Shown piece by piece: positions 12,677 through 24,774 of a stretch of DNA of 64,000 bases. The stretch lies in assembly GCA_028534125.1 (NCBI GenBank), contig CM052817.1:18292001-18356000 (forward strand). Reading direction: 5' to 3'. How positions within the stretch are numbered: the stretch's first letter is position 1; the number at the start of each line of letters is the position of its first letter. Position numbers and translations under genes: made by a program. Origin of the DNA: Lama glama. Lineage: Eukaryota. The notes under the pieces are model-generated. The model was not told the origin of the DNA. It did no database searches and worked only from the letters and a program-made list of their open reading frames with translations.

Positions 12677-14063
12677 GGGCCAGCTACAGAATTTGCAGGG
12701 GCCAGTGCAAAAGGAAAATGTAGGTCCTTTTCTTCAAAAAGCAGGAAAAAAAGTGCTGTTCAAGGTGGTACCATACAAAGCTTTTTCCTTTCTTCTGCGG
12801 TCTCTTTTTCAACTTGTCGTGCCGTTCTATATTTGCTCTTTGATGTTGTTATAAGAAAAATTAAAAATTTAATTATTAATAAGACTTCTGTTCATCTTTA
12901 TGTTGTGCAATGCCTCTTTTAAATACAAACACAAGAGCATTTAATTCATATAATCACCGAAATTACGTAACTCATGCTTTGCAGCTTGAACGTGCATATC
13001 GACTTCATTCTTACCAGAATGAACAAATCCAGCTGTTTTAAATTTCCCCTCTCAATCCATGCACCGCCTACTCACACGCTCTCGCTTTGGCTGGCGATGA
13101 GCCAGGAAGGACTGAAAGGCAAAAGGGGCTATGAGTTGCTTACCTTTCTGGGCCATCATTTTCCGCCTGTGTGGTTGGCTGGCAAAGAGAGTAATACAGG
13201 ACGAGGGGTGTGGTGGCTTCTGATTTCCTGTGCTAGGGCTGCTGTAACAAAGGATCACAAATGGAGGAGCTTAAAACCCAGAGATTTATCACTTCACAGT
13301 TCTGGAGGGAGAAGCCTGAGATCGAGGTGTTGGCAGGGTCCCCTCCCTCTGGAGGCTCCACTCCTCCAGATCTCTCTGCTGTCTTCTGCCAGTCCCTCGG
13401 CTTGTGGCATCGCATCTCCAGTCTTCGCACGCCGTTTTCCCTGTGTGCCTGTCAGCGTGTCAATTTCCCCTTTGTATAGAGATACCAGTCATGCTGGCTA
13501 GGGCCCACCCTACTCCAGTATGACCTCATTTTAACGAATTACCTCTGCAATGACCCTATTTCTAAATAAGGTCACATTCTGAGGGACTGGGGGTTAGGAC
13601 TGCAGCACATGAACTTGGAGGATGCGACTCAACCCATCACAGCTTCCTTGGTTGTTACTGTTTCTTAGAACTCATTGCCTTATTTGGAGCAAGTTCTGGT
13701 TTGAACAGAAAGCACGGCCCCCATGAGGCTGTCAGTGCCCCCCCACCCCCACTCAGTCCTAGATGTGTCTTGCTGAAGTCCCCACATCATGGGCCACCAG
13801 CATTCTGTGCTTGTGGGGAGCCACCAACTCTGTCTGGGAACGTGGCGGCAAGACACAGAGGCAGACATGCATGTTGTGTCTGTCTCCTCTGCTCTGTGCA
13901 CGTTCCATTTTCCCATCGGACTCCGCTTACAAAACCCAAGTTCAAAGATAAAATTATTAAGCATTTAAAGACGGCAGCAGCTGAGCATTAAACCAAACCT
14001 GGGGCTCTTTGAGCCCAGGGCCCTGTGGACTGCATGAGTGGCAACCCCACAAAGCCAGCGCTC
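12677..14063. mobile_element. MER45B-like hAT-Tip100 DNA transposon interrupted by an MLT1 LTR
   Basis: Left end gggccagctacagaatttgcaggggccagtgcaaaaggaaaatg...ttcaaaaagcaggaaaaaaagtgc. Right end aaaccaaacctggggctctttgagcccagggccctgtggactgca...aagccagc. Confidence 0.75.
13221..13641 (-). mobile_element. Complete MaLR solo LTR (MLT1B/C-like) with 5-bp TSD GCTTC
   Basis: TG...CA termini, ctagggctgctgtaacaaag...cacagttctggagg...gggcccaccctactccagtatgacctcat...aacccatcaca. GCTTC occurs at 13216-13220 and 13642-13646. Confidence 0.92.
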
Positions 14064-14705
14064 TGTGAACCACAGCCTTGGTCCCTTACCTGAGCTCCAT
14101 CCCCTGTTCTACAGATCCTTAGAAACTTGTTGGTGAGCAAATCCAACCACAATTCCTGAAGGGCGAGGAGGTTAAGTGCCTATCCCAAGATTTCCAATGA
14201 GAATAGGTGGGACTGGAGCCCCAATGCCAGGTCCCTGGGCCATTGCTGATGGTTCTCCATCCATCACTTTGCCACCTGCTTCTCAGCAACCCCATTTGCT
14301 AAGAGTTAGTTAGCTCAGTGTGAAGCCCAGGGCACAGAGGGTTCTCCAGCGTTCAATGATCCCCAAGACGTTGCATAACACTCCTTGGATGCGTGTGTCT
14401 AGAGGACTGAACTGCTTTGCCTTTTTAGATGGAAATGCAGACACATTGTGGTGAAACAGCAGCTGTTTCCTATCTAAGTAGAGTTCAGGGCAATGGGCAC
14501 ATCTGAGATGTTAGAAGGACTGAATTTTCCCCTTCACTACTCAGTGAAAATCTTTGAATTTGAGGTGCGGGGCTGGGGAGTAGGGAAGCCAGAAGGCGGC
14601 CTTATTACACTGTTGGGACAAAATACTTAGATCTGGCCTAAGGCAAAAATGCTCCAGTGATGGAATTGACTTTCAGGGTCCCCAGACATTTCCTGGCCTT
14701 CTTCT

Positions 14706-15040
14706 TGTCTCAGTTAACTTTTGCTGCATAACAAACCACCCCAAACTTAGTGGCCTAAAAGAACAGCCAGCCACTTAGCTCAGGAGCCCACAGGGAGTTT
14801 GGATCGGGCTCCGCAGGCCGGTTCTGGTCTGACCCATCTTGCTTGGGCATTTGTGGTCTCGGGCTGGGGCTTGCTGGCTTGTGAAGGATTAGAGTAGCTT
14901 CTGACCGTGTCATGCCACCTCCTCGACACATTCTAGAATGAGTCTGCCACATTCGATTGATCACAGCAGGTCACAGGCCAGCTCAGATTCAAGAAGTCGA
15001 GAAATTGATTCTGCTTTGTGGGAGGAGCTACAAAGCATGC
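14706..15040 (-). mobile_element. MaLR LTR (older MLT1 subfamily)
   Basis: tgtctcagttaacttttgctgcataacaaaccaccccaaacttagtggcctaaaagaacagc is a reverse MLT1 3' end; also gtcacaggccagctcagattcaag. Confidence 0.75.
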
Positions 15041-15329
15041 TGGCCACTGGGCGGTCTACCCCGTTACACCCGGACCCCTCTCGGCATCTCATGCCTTCCA
15101 CCCAGGCCTGCTCAAATTCACCCGTCCTGGGTCTCATTCCTTTTTTAATCTTCCCCCTGGTTATTCCAGGGCTCTGTATTTGAGACCTTTTGTGGGAAAG
15201 AGCCAGTTTATTTTAGAATTATTTGTACTAGATAATAAGTAACAGAAATGGGAGCACCGAGGGGTTACACTGAGGCCTTTCCTGTAGTAGAAGTTCTGGG
15301 CTTTTTGGAAAACTGGGTGTTAGGTCAAG

Positions 15330-15520
15330 TCTGTCTCAAACTTTCACGATCATAAGAGTTACCTGGGGAGCTTATTGAAAATGCAGATCCCTGGATCCCA
15401 TCAGAGATGTCCTAAATCCACATTTTCTGGGAGGAGCTTAGGAGCCTCTATATTTTCAAGCTTCCTGGGTGGTTTTTTGTTTTTGTTTTTGTTTTTAATA
15501 ACCAGGTTTTGGAAACACAG
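15330..15520. mobile_element. MER5-family hAT-Charlie DNA transposon
   Basis: tctcaaacttt...cataagagttacctggggagcttattgaaaatgcagatccctgg...ttggaaacacag. Confidence 0.7.
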
Positions 15521-15729
15521 CCTTCTCTCAAAAGCATAAGAAGCATCTTGGCAGGAGGCAGGGAAGGTGTTTGACTCCTAGGCCTTTGTAGGGATAGACT
15601 GTGCCTGATTTAGTTCTCGGTCCCCACAGTGTCTGGCACCTCTGGTGTACTTGAGAATCTTTCCATGTTTAATTGAACTGAGTGGAGCCATGATTCTCAC
15701 GTGGGTTGTGTTCCAGAAGCATCGTTTTC

Positions 15730-15865
15730 TTGAGAACACGTTAGGAATGCAAACTTCCACCTCACTCTGAGCGCACTGAACCAGAGACTCTTGGGTGGGG
15801 GCGACAGGCTGCTTTATCCAGCCCTCCAGGTGGTTCCGATGCTCCCTCAAGCATGAGAGCTGCCA
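15730..15865. mobile_element. MER5A-like fragment
   Basis: gttaggaatgcaaa...actgaaccagagactcttgggtggggg...agccctccaggtggttccgatgc...aagcatgagagc. Confidence 0.65.
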
Positions 15866-16340
15866 GGTCAGAGCCGTTACATACCTGTGAGTAGGGACCC
15901 TGGGCATCTGCACACATGAGTGAAGAGGGCCCACGCAGGCCTTGGTCCCCATCAGGCCTGACCCACCTGCCCTCCATCAGTCAGTGTCTTCCTGGGGCTC
16001 CGCAGCTCTTTGAGCAAGCCAGTCCTTGGGACCATCCTCACCTGAGCTAACACGTTCGCAATTTGCTGAAATTCTTTCTTCTGCGTTCTGGACGGGGCCT
16101 CTGGCCCTGCTTGTCAGGCAAGGTCTCTGTGCTGATAGAAAAATGAGAGTTCCTGCTGAGCAAACAGAGCTTTTAAGTTGGTGTCAAGATTTTCTCCCCC
16201 ATTCTTGAGCAGCTTTTAAAATCCCCTGCCTTGGGTGGAGCACCGAGGGTTAGGAATTAAAAAGGAATTGGCCCGAGGGGGTCACCATTCCTGCAGAGTT
16301 TCAGATGCACACTGAATGATTAAAGCAGGTATACACAGCA

Positions 16341-16376
16341 TCTCTCTCTCTCTCTCTCTCTCCCTCTTTCTCTCTC

Positions 16377-16426
<50 letters not shown>

Positions 16427-16437
16427 GCGCGCACATG
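16341..16437 (+). repeat. Compound microsatellite (TC)n-(CA)15-(CG)10
   Basis: Read directly: TC tract 16341-16380, CA 16382-16411, CG 16412-16431. Confidence 0.97.
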
Positions 16438-17489
16438 AACCAGGGTATCATGTTCCTTGAAGCCAGGTTCTGCTTCATCATGGTTTCCTAGACAGCCTTC
16501 AGCAAAATGGAACACAATAAGTCCTCATCAGCCCAACTGGTCACTGAAGATTTTGTTTCCTGAGCCAGATGTCCCCTGGGAGGCTGGGGAGACTAAAGAA
16601 ATGGGAAGGGCTTTGGTGGGGATGTTAGGAGTCTGACTTCTAGCCCCAGATTCACCCCAGATCTTGAACACATTGCTTCATCTCCCTGAGATGCAGCTCC
16701 TTACCTGTAAAATCGGATCTATATTTAGATTTTTCCCTTTCCCTAAAACAGTTTTGAAGATACTCATATAATAGAAGGGCATGTAAAACAGCAGTTAGAA
16801 ACACATAAACAGAATTCAGGAATTCCTTAGGAGAACTGAACTGAGATTAGCAGTAAGCGCCTGGAAAGGGAAACTCTGAATAATAAATTAGAGTCTGAGA
16901 GTTTGGACAGCCCGGGAGGCCCGGAAGAGGCAGAATCCCAAGTTCTTTGTTGCACGATCAGGTAAAAGAAAGAGGTGCATGAGCGTGGGTCCGGAATGCA
17001 GGTGGGCTTGGGTGGCCCATGAAAGGAGGAGGGGAAACAGAGCCGGGTTAAGGCTCCTCCTCTCCAGCCCCCATCACTTCTGGCTGCTTCCCTGACACCA
17101 GCGCCCCGGAGCCCGGAGCCCGGAGCCCGAGCACACGGCGGCTCTCCTTGGCTTTAGTGTGGTTTGCAGCTTACTGGGGGGCGTGCAGCCGTCAGGCGAT
17201 GTCTAATTCTGACCCTGGAATTGTCCCCTGAATGCATTCTGTTGATGCGGGTGTCTGTTTTCAGATGGGGTTTCAAACGGGAAGTGACTCTTTCAGCTTG
17301 AAGGAGTACAAAACATCCCACCCTTTGCTGACGGTGTACATTAACAGGGGAGAGACGCTGTTGGTGGGTCACCGCGCAAGGCAAGCAGCCCATGGTGTGC
17401 AGCCCGTCTGGAGCGAGCCGACGGTAATGAGGCCCCTCCACATTTCACGCTCTGCTAACAGACATCTCTGGAAGGGTCCCTGCAGCTCC

Positions 17490-18870
17490 CAGACAGACTG
17501 TGAAGCTGTAGTAAGAACAGAGTGGTATCAGCTCAGGCAAGGACAGAGCTGGCAAAGGATACAGAGTCCAGGACACACTCCATGTGTATCTGGCTGGTGC
17601 TGCAGCTCAATGGAAAAAAACACCCCCATTCAATTAACATTATTTGTTTATGGGCAATTGTTTATACCATGGGGAAAAATACATCCTTAGAATCATATGG
17701 GTTAAGACCCTCACTGTGGAAAGACTTAAATATAAAAATCTAAAAAATTTTATAAGGAAGTAAGACATCTTTATGAACTTGAAGGAGAAAAGAATTTCAT
17801 ATGCTCCAACCTCAGAAACCACACCAAAATTTGAAAAATTCAATTTGCATTTAAACAAAAATGTTTCTGTCCACCCAAAAAATACCTTTAAGAAAAGTTA
17901 GGCAGAAATAAAGAATACCCAGCATACATAAAGAATTTCTCTAAATCAAAGAGAAAAAGACACACAAGTGAGTAAAAGTGGGCAAAATAGTTAAGACACA
18001 TTTTACTGAAGTGGAAACACCAATTGCCAATAAACACATGAAAAGAAGCTTAACTTCATTATTAATGAAGGAAATACAAATTAAAACTAAAATGAGATGC
18101 CATTTCAGGTTGGCAAAAATTAAAAGTCTGATAGGACCAAGTTTTGTTAGGATGTGGCGTGATGGGCCCTCTCATCCACGGCTGTTGGAAATCGGCAACA
18201 GTAAAATTAAAGACACTTATATGCTATTGCTCAGAAGGATACTTCTCAACACATACCCAGAATGAATCAATATATACACATATACATGCATACATCTATA
18301 TGCACACACATATATACACATGCAGGTATACACACACATACACACGTGTACCTATATATGTCCACATACCTGCACATACACACATACATTAGAAGACTTG
18401 AAAAATAACGGTCATAGAAGTATTGTTTATAACAGTAAAATATTGACAACTTCACAGTGTCCATCCAGAGGAGAAATAAATTGTGTCATATCTGTAATGG
18501 AATTCACATAGCAGTGAAAAGGAATGAACTGGAGCTACAGGAATCAATATGGATTAATTCCACAAACATAACATTGATCAAAAGAAAGCAATTTGCAAAT
18601 GAGTATTTGCAGTATGATATCTACATGAACGTTCAATACCTGCCACAATTCTATTAATTGAACAGGGATATGTATATACATGGAGAGGAAAGAAGAAATG
18701 CAAATAAATGAAAAACCTGGAAAATCTATACAGAGGTTCCTCCCGGGTAGAAAGAAGGGAGGGGTGGAGTCTTGGAGGATCCTATTAAGGGGCATGTTGG
18801 CAACGAATTCTTCTTTTAAGCTGGGTGATGAGTTGTTAACTCTTCATGCTGTTTGTGTCTCAAGCGTTAA
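17490..18870 (+). mobile_element. Old L1 (L1M-type) remnant: 3' ORF2 and 3' UTR
   Basis: ORF 17978-18265 encodes KHMKRSLTSLLMKEIQIKTKMRCHF, resembling the L1 ORF2 C-terminal KHMKKCSSSLAIREMQIKTTMRYH motif. The sequence is A-rich and includes gcagtgaaaaggaatgaactggagctaca. An internal TA/CA low-complexity tract lies at about 18270-18390. Confidence 0.85.
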
Positions 18871-18899
18871 TAATAAAAAGGCGTAGCCCTGTTAGTTAT

Positions 18900-19390
18900 G
18901 GACCCAACCATGTATCCTTCCCCAGGGGTGAATCAGGATGGATCTAATCCAGGCATGGCCATTCCATTTCCCTTTGCCAGATAGTCACTTTTCCTGAATA
19001 TTCAGATTCTCCCTTAAGTATGGGACTGGGCACATGACCTACGAGGAAGTCAGCTGTGGGGCATGGTTCTGGAAAGTTCCTCTTTTCTGATGCAAGAATC
19101 CTTTCAGCCCCCACCTCTCCTTCCCTTCGTGGACCACTGATGAGGGTGAGATGTCTGCTACTGCACCAGCCATCATCGTGGGGCGACAAGCACCAGCGCG
19201 GAAGGCCAGTGCTCTGAGGATGGTAAGGGAAGAGTGGTCAGAGCTGGACTATCTGATGATGTTAATTGAGCCACGGAATGACTCCTGGAACCATCTAGAG
19301 CCCACAGATTGTGAAATAAACAATAATTGTCTTCATGGCTCAAGCTGCTGGTGATCTGGCTTTCTGTTACTTGTGGAAAAACCGTCTTGA
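18900..19390 (+). mobile_element. Old MaLR LTR (MLT1K-like)
   Basis: catggccattccatttccctttgccag...gggcacatgacc...gaggatgg...tgatgatgttaattgagcc...ttctgttacttgtgg. Confidence 0.65.
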
Positions 19391-19479
19391 TATAAAACCC
19401 AGCGAATCCTTTTCCTTTTAACCTCAATGTTGGGCTTGCCACTCTATGAAAACACTAAGCACTTTCTGTCCTTCAAATC

Positions 19480-19772
19480 TCTACTCTTTCTTCCACGTTC
19501 AGGGCCCCTTGTGTCCTGGTGAACTCCTCAGCCCGAAAAGCTCTTCTGAAACGTGTTCTCTGTAACGCTTTCCCAGAGAGCCCAAGTTAACAGCAATCTT
19601 CCTTCTCTGTGACCCCAGCACTCTCTCTCTGTATGTTATCCTCACCACTTGTGGCTGCACGTTCCACTAGTCCCTTAAGGCAGGACTATGGCGTCCTCAT
19701 CTCTGTGTCTCCAGTGGCTGACAGTTCCAGGTAGAGCAGAGGGACCCAACAGAGACTGGGTAGAATGAATGA
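19480..19772 (+). mobile_element. L2 LINE 3' end remnant
   Basis: ggcaggactatggcgtcctcatctctgtgtctccagtg, ending in the L2 tail gaatgaatga. Confidence 0.6.
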
Positions 19773-20679
19773 TGCCTGCCTATATCTATATCTTAGAGGG
19801 AAAACAAATCAAGTACTGAAGTGGGTAATTGAGGAGGAGAGGTATGAAGAAAGAGGAGTTTGAATGGCCTCTCAGAAATGAACATTGCAAAGTCAGTCCT
19901 TTTCTAACAGCTCTTGATGCGATATTCCATTATTCACATTCACATCAGCTCATGATTTCGTGTGTTCGATAGAATCACATTTTAGCTCACCACCTATTTA
20001 AGTCCTGGTTTCCTTTCATCTCCCCATACTAATCAGGTTTAAGTGACAATTGCTAAGGACTTATTTCTAGGAGATAAATGAATGCACAGGTGGCTCTGGG
20101 CACTGACGAAGTGATTGCTTTCCCAGGACTTGAACTACGAAAGCGCGGGCAACCTTTATTATTAGGCAGAGACCCCTGAGTGCCAGGTAATACAGAGACA
20201 AAGGCAATGCGTTATTTAATTTTGATAGGTTTAAACATTTGCTCCAGTGCACTTCTCTATATCAGCAATCATGAGAATAGAACAGGGATTACATTAAATG
20301 TTTTTTCTGTCTTCTGAAAGCCTTTTTCTTTTTTAAGTAGCTGGTGTGTATGTGTGAAGGTGGAGGGGCGTTGGAGAGAAATGACAGACGAGGAGCATCA
20401 ATATGCGGAATAACCTTGAGACTTCAATATATTGAAAGGTCAGCAGTAGGTTCTTATGTAGTCACGGCGCTGGGACTATTAACTGGTGCAAATGTAGAGG
20501 GGGCAGGCCTTGGCTGAGAGAAGATTCCAGCTGCAACAGGAGGAGACTGAGGCAGAAAGACTGTTGGAAGCAGATCTCCATTCTGCAGAAGGTTATTTGA
20601 AAACCCTTATTTTTGCAAAGGTAGGTGAATGATGATGACAGCAGCATTTCACATACGGATTATTTCTCCAGCATACACA

Positions 20680-20830
20680 TGTGCAGTGCTTTACATTCGT
20701 GATCTCATTTATAAAAATCCTAAGAGGTTGGTACTAGTATTATTTTCATTTTTCAGAAAACAGACTTAAAAAACTTGTCCAGAAGTCACAGAATCAGTAA
20801 GGCAAGGAGGTTCCCATTTGGGAAGAGAGT
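20680..20830 (-). mobile_element. MIR remnant
   Basis: gtgctttacattcgtgatctcattt...aatcctaagaggttggtactagtattattttcatttttcaga...aacttgtccagaagtcacag. Confidence 0.7.
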
Positions 20831-22539
20831 GTGACTCTTGTTTGGTGGGTTTGGCAAATGTAGCCTCTCCCTTGGAGTGCTAAGAAACTCCAGTGAGTTT
20901 GAGAGAACCCGTGCCCCAACTTCAGAGGCACAAAAGTTGACATTAGGATGGGGCAATTCCAACCAAGGCCAGCAGTGAGTGTGAACAGAGTCTTTGAAAG
21001 ATTCGCCATCAGACTGGAGATCTGGGACTAATGGGCTGGCCTGGGCACAGTCAGAAAGGAAGAAGATGGCATCATAGTCCTGGATCGTGGCTGCTGGAAC
21101 CTGGCCTAGAGTTTTTATGGCCCTTAGAAAAGCATCTTCTGTTTTCTTATTGTGGGTAGTAAGAAAGTGAAAGTGTTTTTCCCTTGTAAAAATAGGACCT
21201 TGAACACTTGAAATCAATGGGATTGAAAACTATCAAGCTCTCTTGACACTATTTTCTGTCTCTCAAGTGGGGATAACATTAGCCCTGTTTGCAGGGAAAA
21301 CAGGATGAAGGGGTGGGTATGGAAATCACCAAGCAGTGTCAGCTCCGGCTGTGGTTCCTTGTCACAGAGAGGCTGTGGAGAGTTGGAGGCTCCTAGTAAT
21401 TGTCATATTCTGTGTACCTCTTCACCTGGGGGTGGTCCTTCCAGCATCACTAGACGTGGTCACCTCCATTCAACACAACACAGAAGAGGACTCCTGACAC
21501 CTGGACTCTTCCATCTGTCTTGGGGTGACGTCACTCCCTGTGCCCTGTCTTCTCCCACACTTTTGTGGGCTCACCCTCTCTGGCCACTGGCCTCCTTTCT
21601 CTGGCCCTTCCTCTCTTTGTCCATCAAGATACATCTGTTTTGTTTCTCTTTCCCTTGTGGTCCTCTCTCTTTCAGGGCTAAGAATTTTCATAATATGCTT
21701 CAGTTTTTAATCAAAAGAAGTTGTCAGTGGGAAGGGGCCCAGGAATTTAGAGGCAGAATATTGGAGCAAGATGGCTCTTTCCAGAGCACTTGACAAAACG
21801 CTGATGGCAACTTCCTGTTTTGTGCACTTAAGGCCCAACTGTGCTGAATATCTCTGCAAAACGAGATGGGATATGGCCCGGTGGCATAATCCTCTGTCAT
21901 CTCCACACTCGCAGCCTTGACCCCCAGACATGCAAAATGTGACTGGACACAAGAGCTTAGCTTGACTCCTGTTTAGGTTTTGGAGAGGCCTGCTTTTCTG
22001 ATGTTCTGCCCAGACCAAGCTGCCCCCACTGGAAATTAATAAGCGTGTTCCAAAGGGAATTTGTAGGGTGCTCAAGAAAATGGTGCAGCAACCTCTTCTT
22101 GGAGGGATCAGGGAAGGCTTATCAGAGGAAGTGACATCATCTGAAATGGAAGGAAAAGCATTCCAGAGGGGTGAAACCTTACAAAGGAAGAGGGAGCTCT
22201 AAGAGAGGAGGCCCATCCCAGGGCAGAAGGAGGGGCAGTGGGGCTGGGAAGGGAGAATGTGTGTCTGTGGGGAGAGGCTGAGCATCGGGACTAGGCTGGA
22301 GACACAGGTGAGTTCTGGTGAGCCCCCAGCTGACTTCTGTTTTTGTTGTTTTTTTTTTTTACCTGGAAGAAAGTGATCTGATTTGCATTTTTAAAAGATT
22401 TCTTGGCTCTCCTCTCTTTTCTCCCTACTTTTCTGCTGATGGCTGACAACAGCAGTGGGAGACCCCTGACAGTCCCGGGAGGCCGAGGTGTGGGTCGGTG
22501 CACAGGTGGAGACGCGTCAAAAGCCCCTTAGTAGCATCT

Positions 22540-23290
22540 GATTTTCACGCCCTCCCCTCCACATCCCCATCTGCCTTAATTTTCTTTCTGCAAATTGTAA
22601 ATCGGTAAAATATTACCTCAAGGCCTAAGATACCACAGGCAATTTAATATTGTGAAAAATAAGGGGCGTCTTTGCTGTTCTGACATTTATTCTGCCCGGG
22701 CTCGTTATTTTTCCTAATGAAAGTGTCTTTCTCTCCTTCCGCTTATCGGGTCTAACACGTGCCATTTACCACCTCCGACCTGCTGATTAGGGGGCTGGGC
22801 ACGGGCTTACATCACTGTCAGGGAAGAAGAGGAAATGTGGCAAAGTAAATGGCAAGATGTTGCCACGAGAGCGAGCAGGAAATCTGCAGTGCTTAGGAGG
22901 ACGCGGGGCCCAGATGAAATTCCGCGGCTCCGGGCGGGCGAGGCGCGGCTGAGACCCGGCGAGGTGCGCGGAGCCACGTGACCGATTATTCAAATAGGCC
23001 GATGATTAACTTGGTTTATACTGATGCAAATAATCCTGCCGGAGCCGGCAAAGTCTGATGCATTTTGGAACTGTGGTTTTCCATCGATAGCACAAAATAG
23101 TGTAGAGCAAAGCCATTTTCATAATATTAATAATGGAATTACAGAATCAGGTCACTTAAAGGAACGGCGCTGACTCAGCGAAAGCAGCGTCGGCTTGCAT
23201 GTGGAGATTAACACCGAGCAAAACGAAACACAAACTTCTGCAGCTGTCTCGTGGCGTAAAACGCACGTCCCTTACCGCTTTCTTTTTGAA
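22540..23290. promoter_or_regulatory. Candidate enhancer with a small CpG-rich core
   Basis: Repeat-free. About 16 CpGs in 22861-22980, CACGTGAC at 22975, TGATTAAC at 23003, octamer ATGCAAAT at 23024 and a MARE/AP-1-like CGCTGACTCAGCG at 23168-23180. Function is inferred only. Confidence 0.5.
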
Positions 23291-23994
23291 AGAGAATGAG
23301 CTTTAAAAATGGCTTGAGCTAAGTAAGTACAATTCTCAGATGAATTTATTGCAAAGGAAAGAACTGTCCAGCGTGCCGAGACAGCTTCCTCTGAGGGTTT
23401 CCCCCTTTTATTCTTTGATTAAATGTTGGGTGTATCTACCTTGCCCAAGCTCTGGTTTAACGCCCACGTCCTGGAATAGTGTCTGTAAATGCTTCCTGAA
23501 CAAGTGGTTAAAGTTGCAAACAAGGAGCCACCAATGCCCTCCAAAGGGATGAATATGTTTGCCAGTGAAGATCCAGTCAGAGGGGAATTTCTAGGGCGAA
23601 CTCTCAGGATCTTCAGATGGGTAGAGTGAGCCAAGGTGAATTCCTGGGGGCCTTGGTGAACCAGCCAGAAATGGAATATTATGCAAATACTGAAGATCAT
23701 ATTGAAGGGATAGGAAGAAAATTTCATGTATGTTAAATGAAGAAGCAGTTTACAAGTATTTTTAAGAGAACGCCAGGGCCTACTGTTACGCCCATTTGTC
23801 CAGCCCAGTTCAACCCAGCCTTTTAGAGTCTTGGTGACTTCTTAATAGTGTATGAGCACCCCTGGTAAGAAGCCAACTGCTTCTCCTTCAGAAATACCTC
23901 TTCTCAGGCAAAGGAGGGGACTGGGGAAGAATTACAGGGCAAAAAGGGACTTGGAAGGGAATCAAAAGCTGCTAGAAGTTAATGCATGCCATGC

Positions 23995-24115
23995 TTTTTT
24001 TTACAGAAAAACTGTGGCAAAATATACATAACAGAAAATTGAGCATTTAAACTATTTTAAAGTGTACATTTAGCAGTATTTATACATTCACGATGTGCAA
24101 GCATCATCAACACTC
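23995..24115 (-). mobile_element. Short old L1 3' end
   Basis: tgtggcaaaatatacataacagaaaattgagcatttaaactattttaaagtgtaca...atacattcacgatgtgcaa. Confidence 0.7.
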
Positions 24116-24365
24116 TTTCCTAGTTTTGAGGTTCTTTGCAAATTGAGAAACTTTCCTTTAATATATGCATATGAGGAATTGCAATAAGGCTGAAGGCCTG
24201 TTAAACACAGGCTAGTCTAGACTGATCTCCATGCATCAGGCAATGAGCTGAGTTATCGGCCTCCCCAGCCACTAGGAGCAGAGCCACGCTGGGACAGGGT
24301 GGTGGGATGGAGAGCTAGATCAGTCATCTTGCTTGTATCTGTCTCTTTCTTTTACTTTCCTGGGT

Positions 24366-24774
24366 TGTTACCACAGCTGGATCATGTATGGAGTACTGGA
24401 GGAGGTCATTGGGAGGACAAGACTGCAGGTTGACCCCATGAGCTGGACCTATCCTTGGAATGGACTTTCTGCTCACTGTTTCCACAGTGGAAACCCTTTG
24501 CAAGGACACAGCCTGAAAAGAGCAATGTGTTGTAGAGAACACCTGGGTAGCACATGTGCTTGAACCCTGTTAAAGACTCTAGATAAACTTATAAGATTCT
24601 GACCGGAGTGTGCAGAGATCTATTCATCTTACAGCGCTCAAGTCTCATATATAAGTCCTCTTACTTATTAAACCTCCAACTGCCACTCTGGAGTGGCTGC
24701 CTCTTTCTCAGGTCCCTCCTTGCTCTCCGTATATGGGGGGCCAGTTTCAGATGCTCCAGAGGTTTTGGACCAAC
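24366..24774 (+). mobile_element. ERV(L)-class solo LTR (MER54/MER74-like)
   Basis: gagatctattcatctt...tataagtcctc...attaaa...ctggagtggctgcctctttc...atggggggccagtttcagat...accaaca. The 5' boundary is uncertain. Confidence 0.55.

Noticed and set aside
17105..17131. (CCCGGAG)3 tandem repeat, and similar tiny duplications at about 5310, 35334 and 52085
   Set aside because: These are short slippage duplications with no spacer structure, so not CRISPR-like or otherwise organised.
17978..18265. ORF with protein similarity
   Set aside because: It is a decayed L1 ORF2 fragment, not a host gene.
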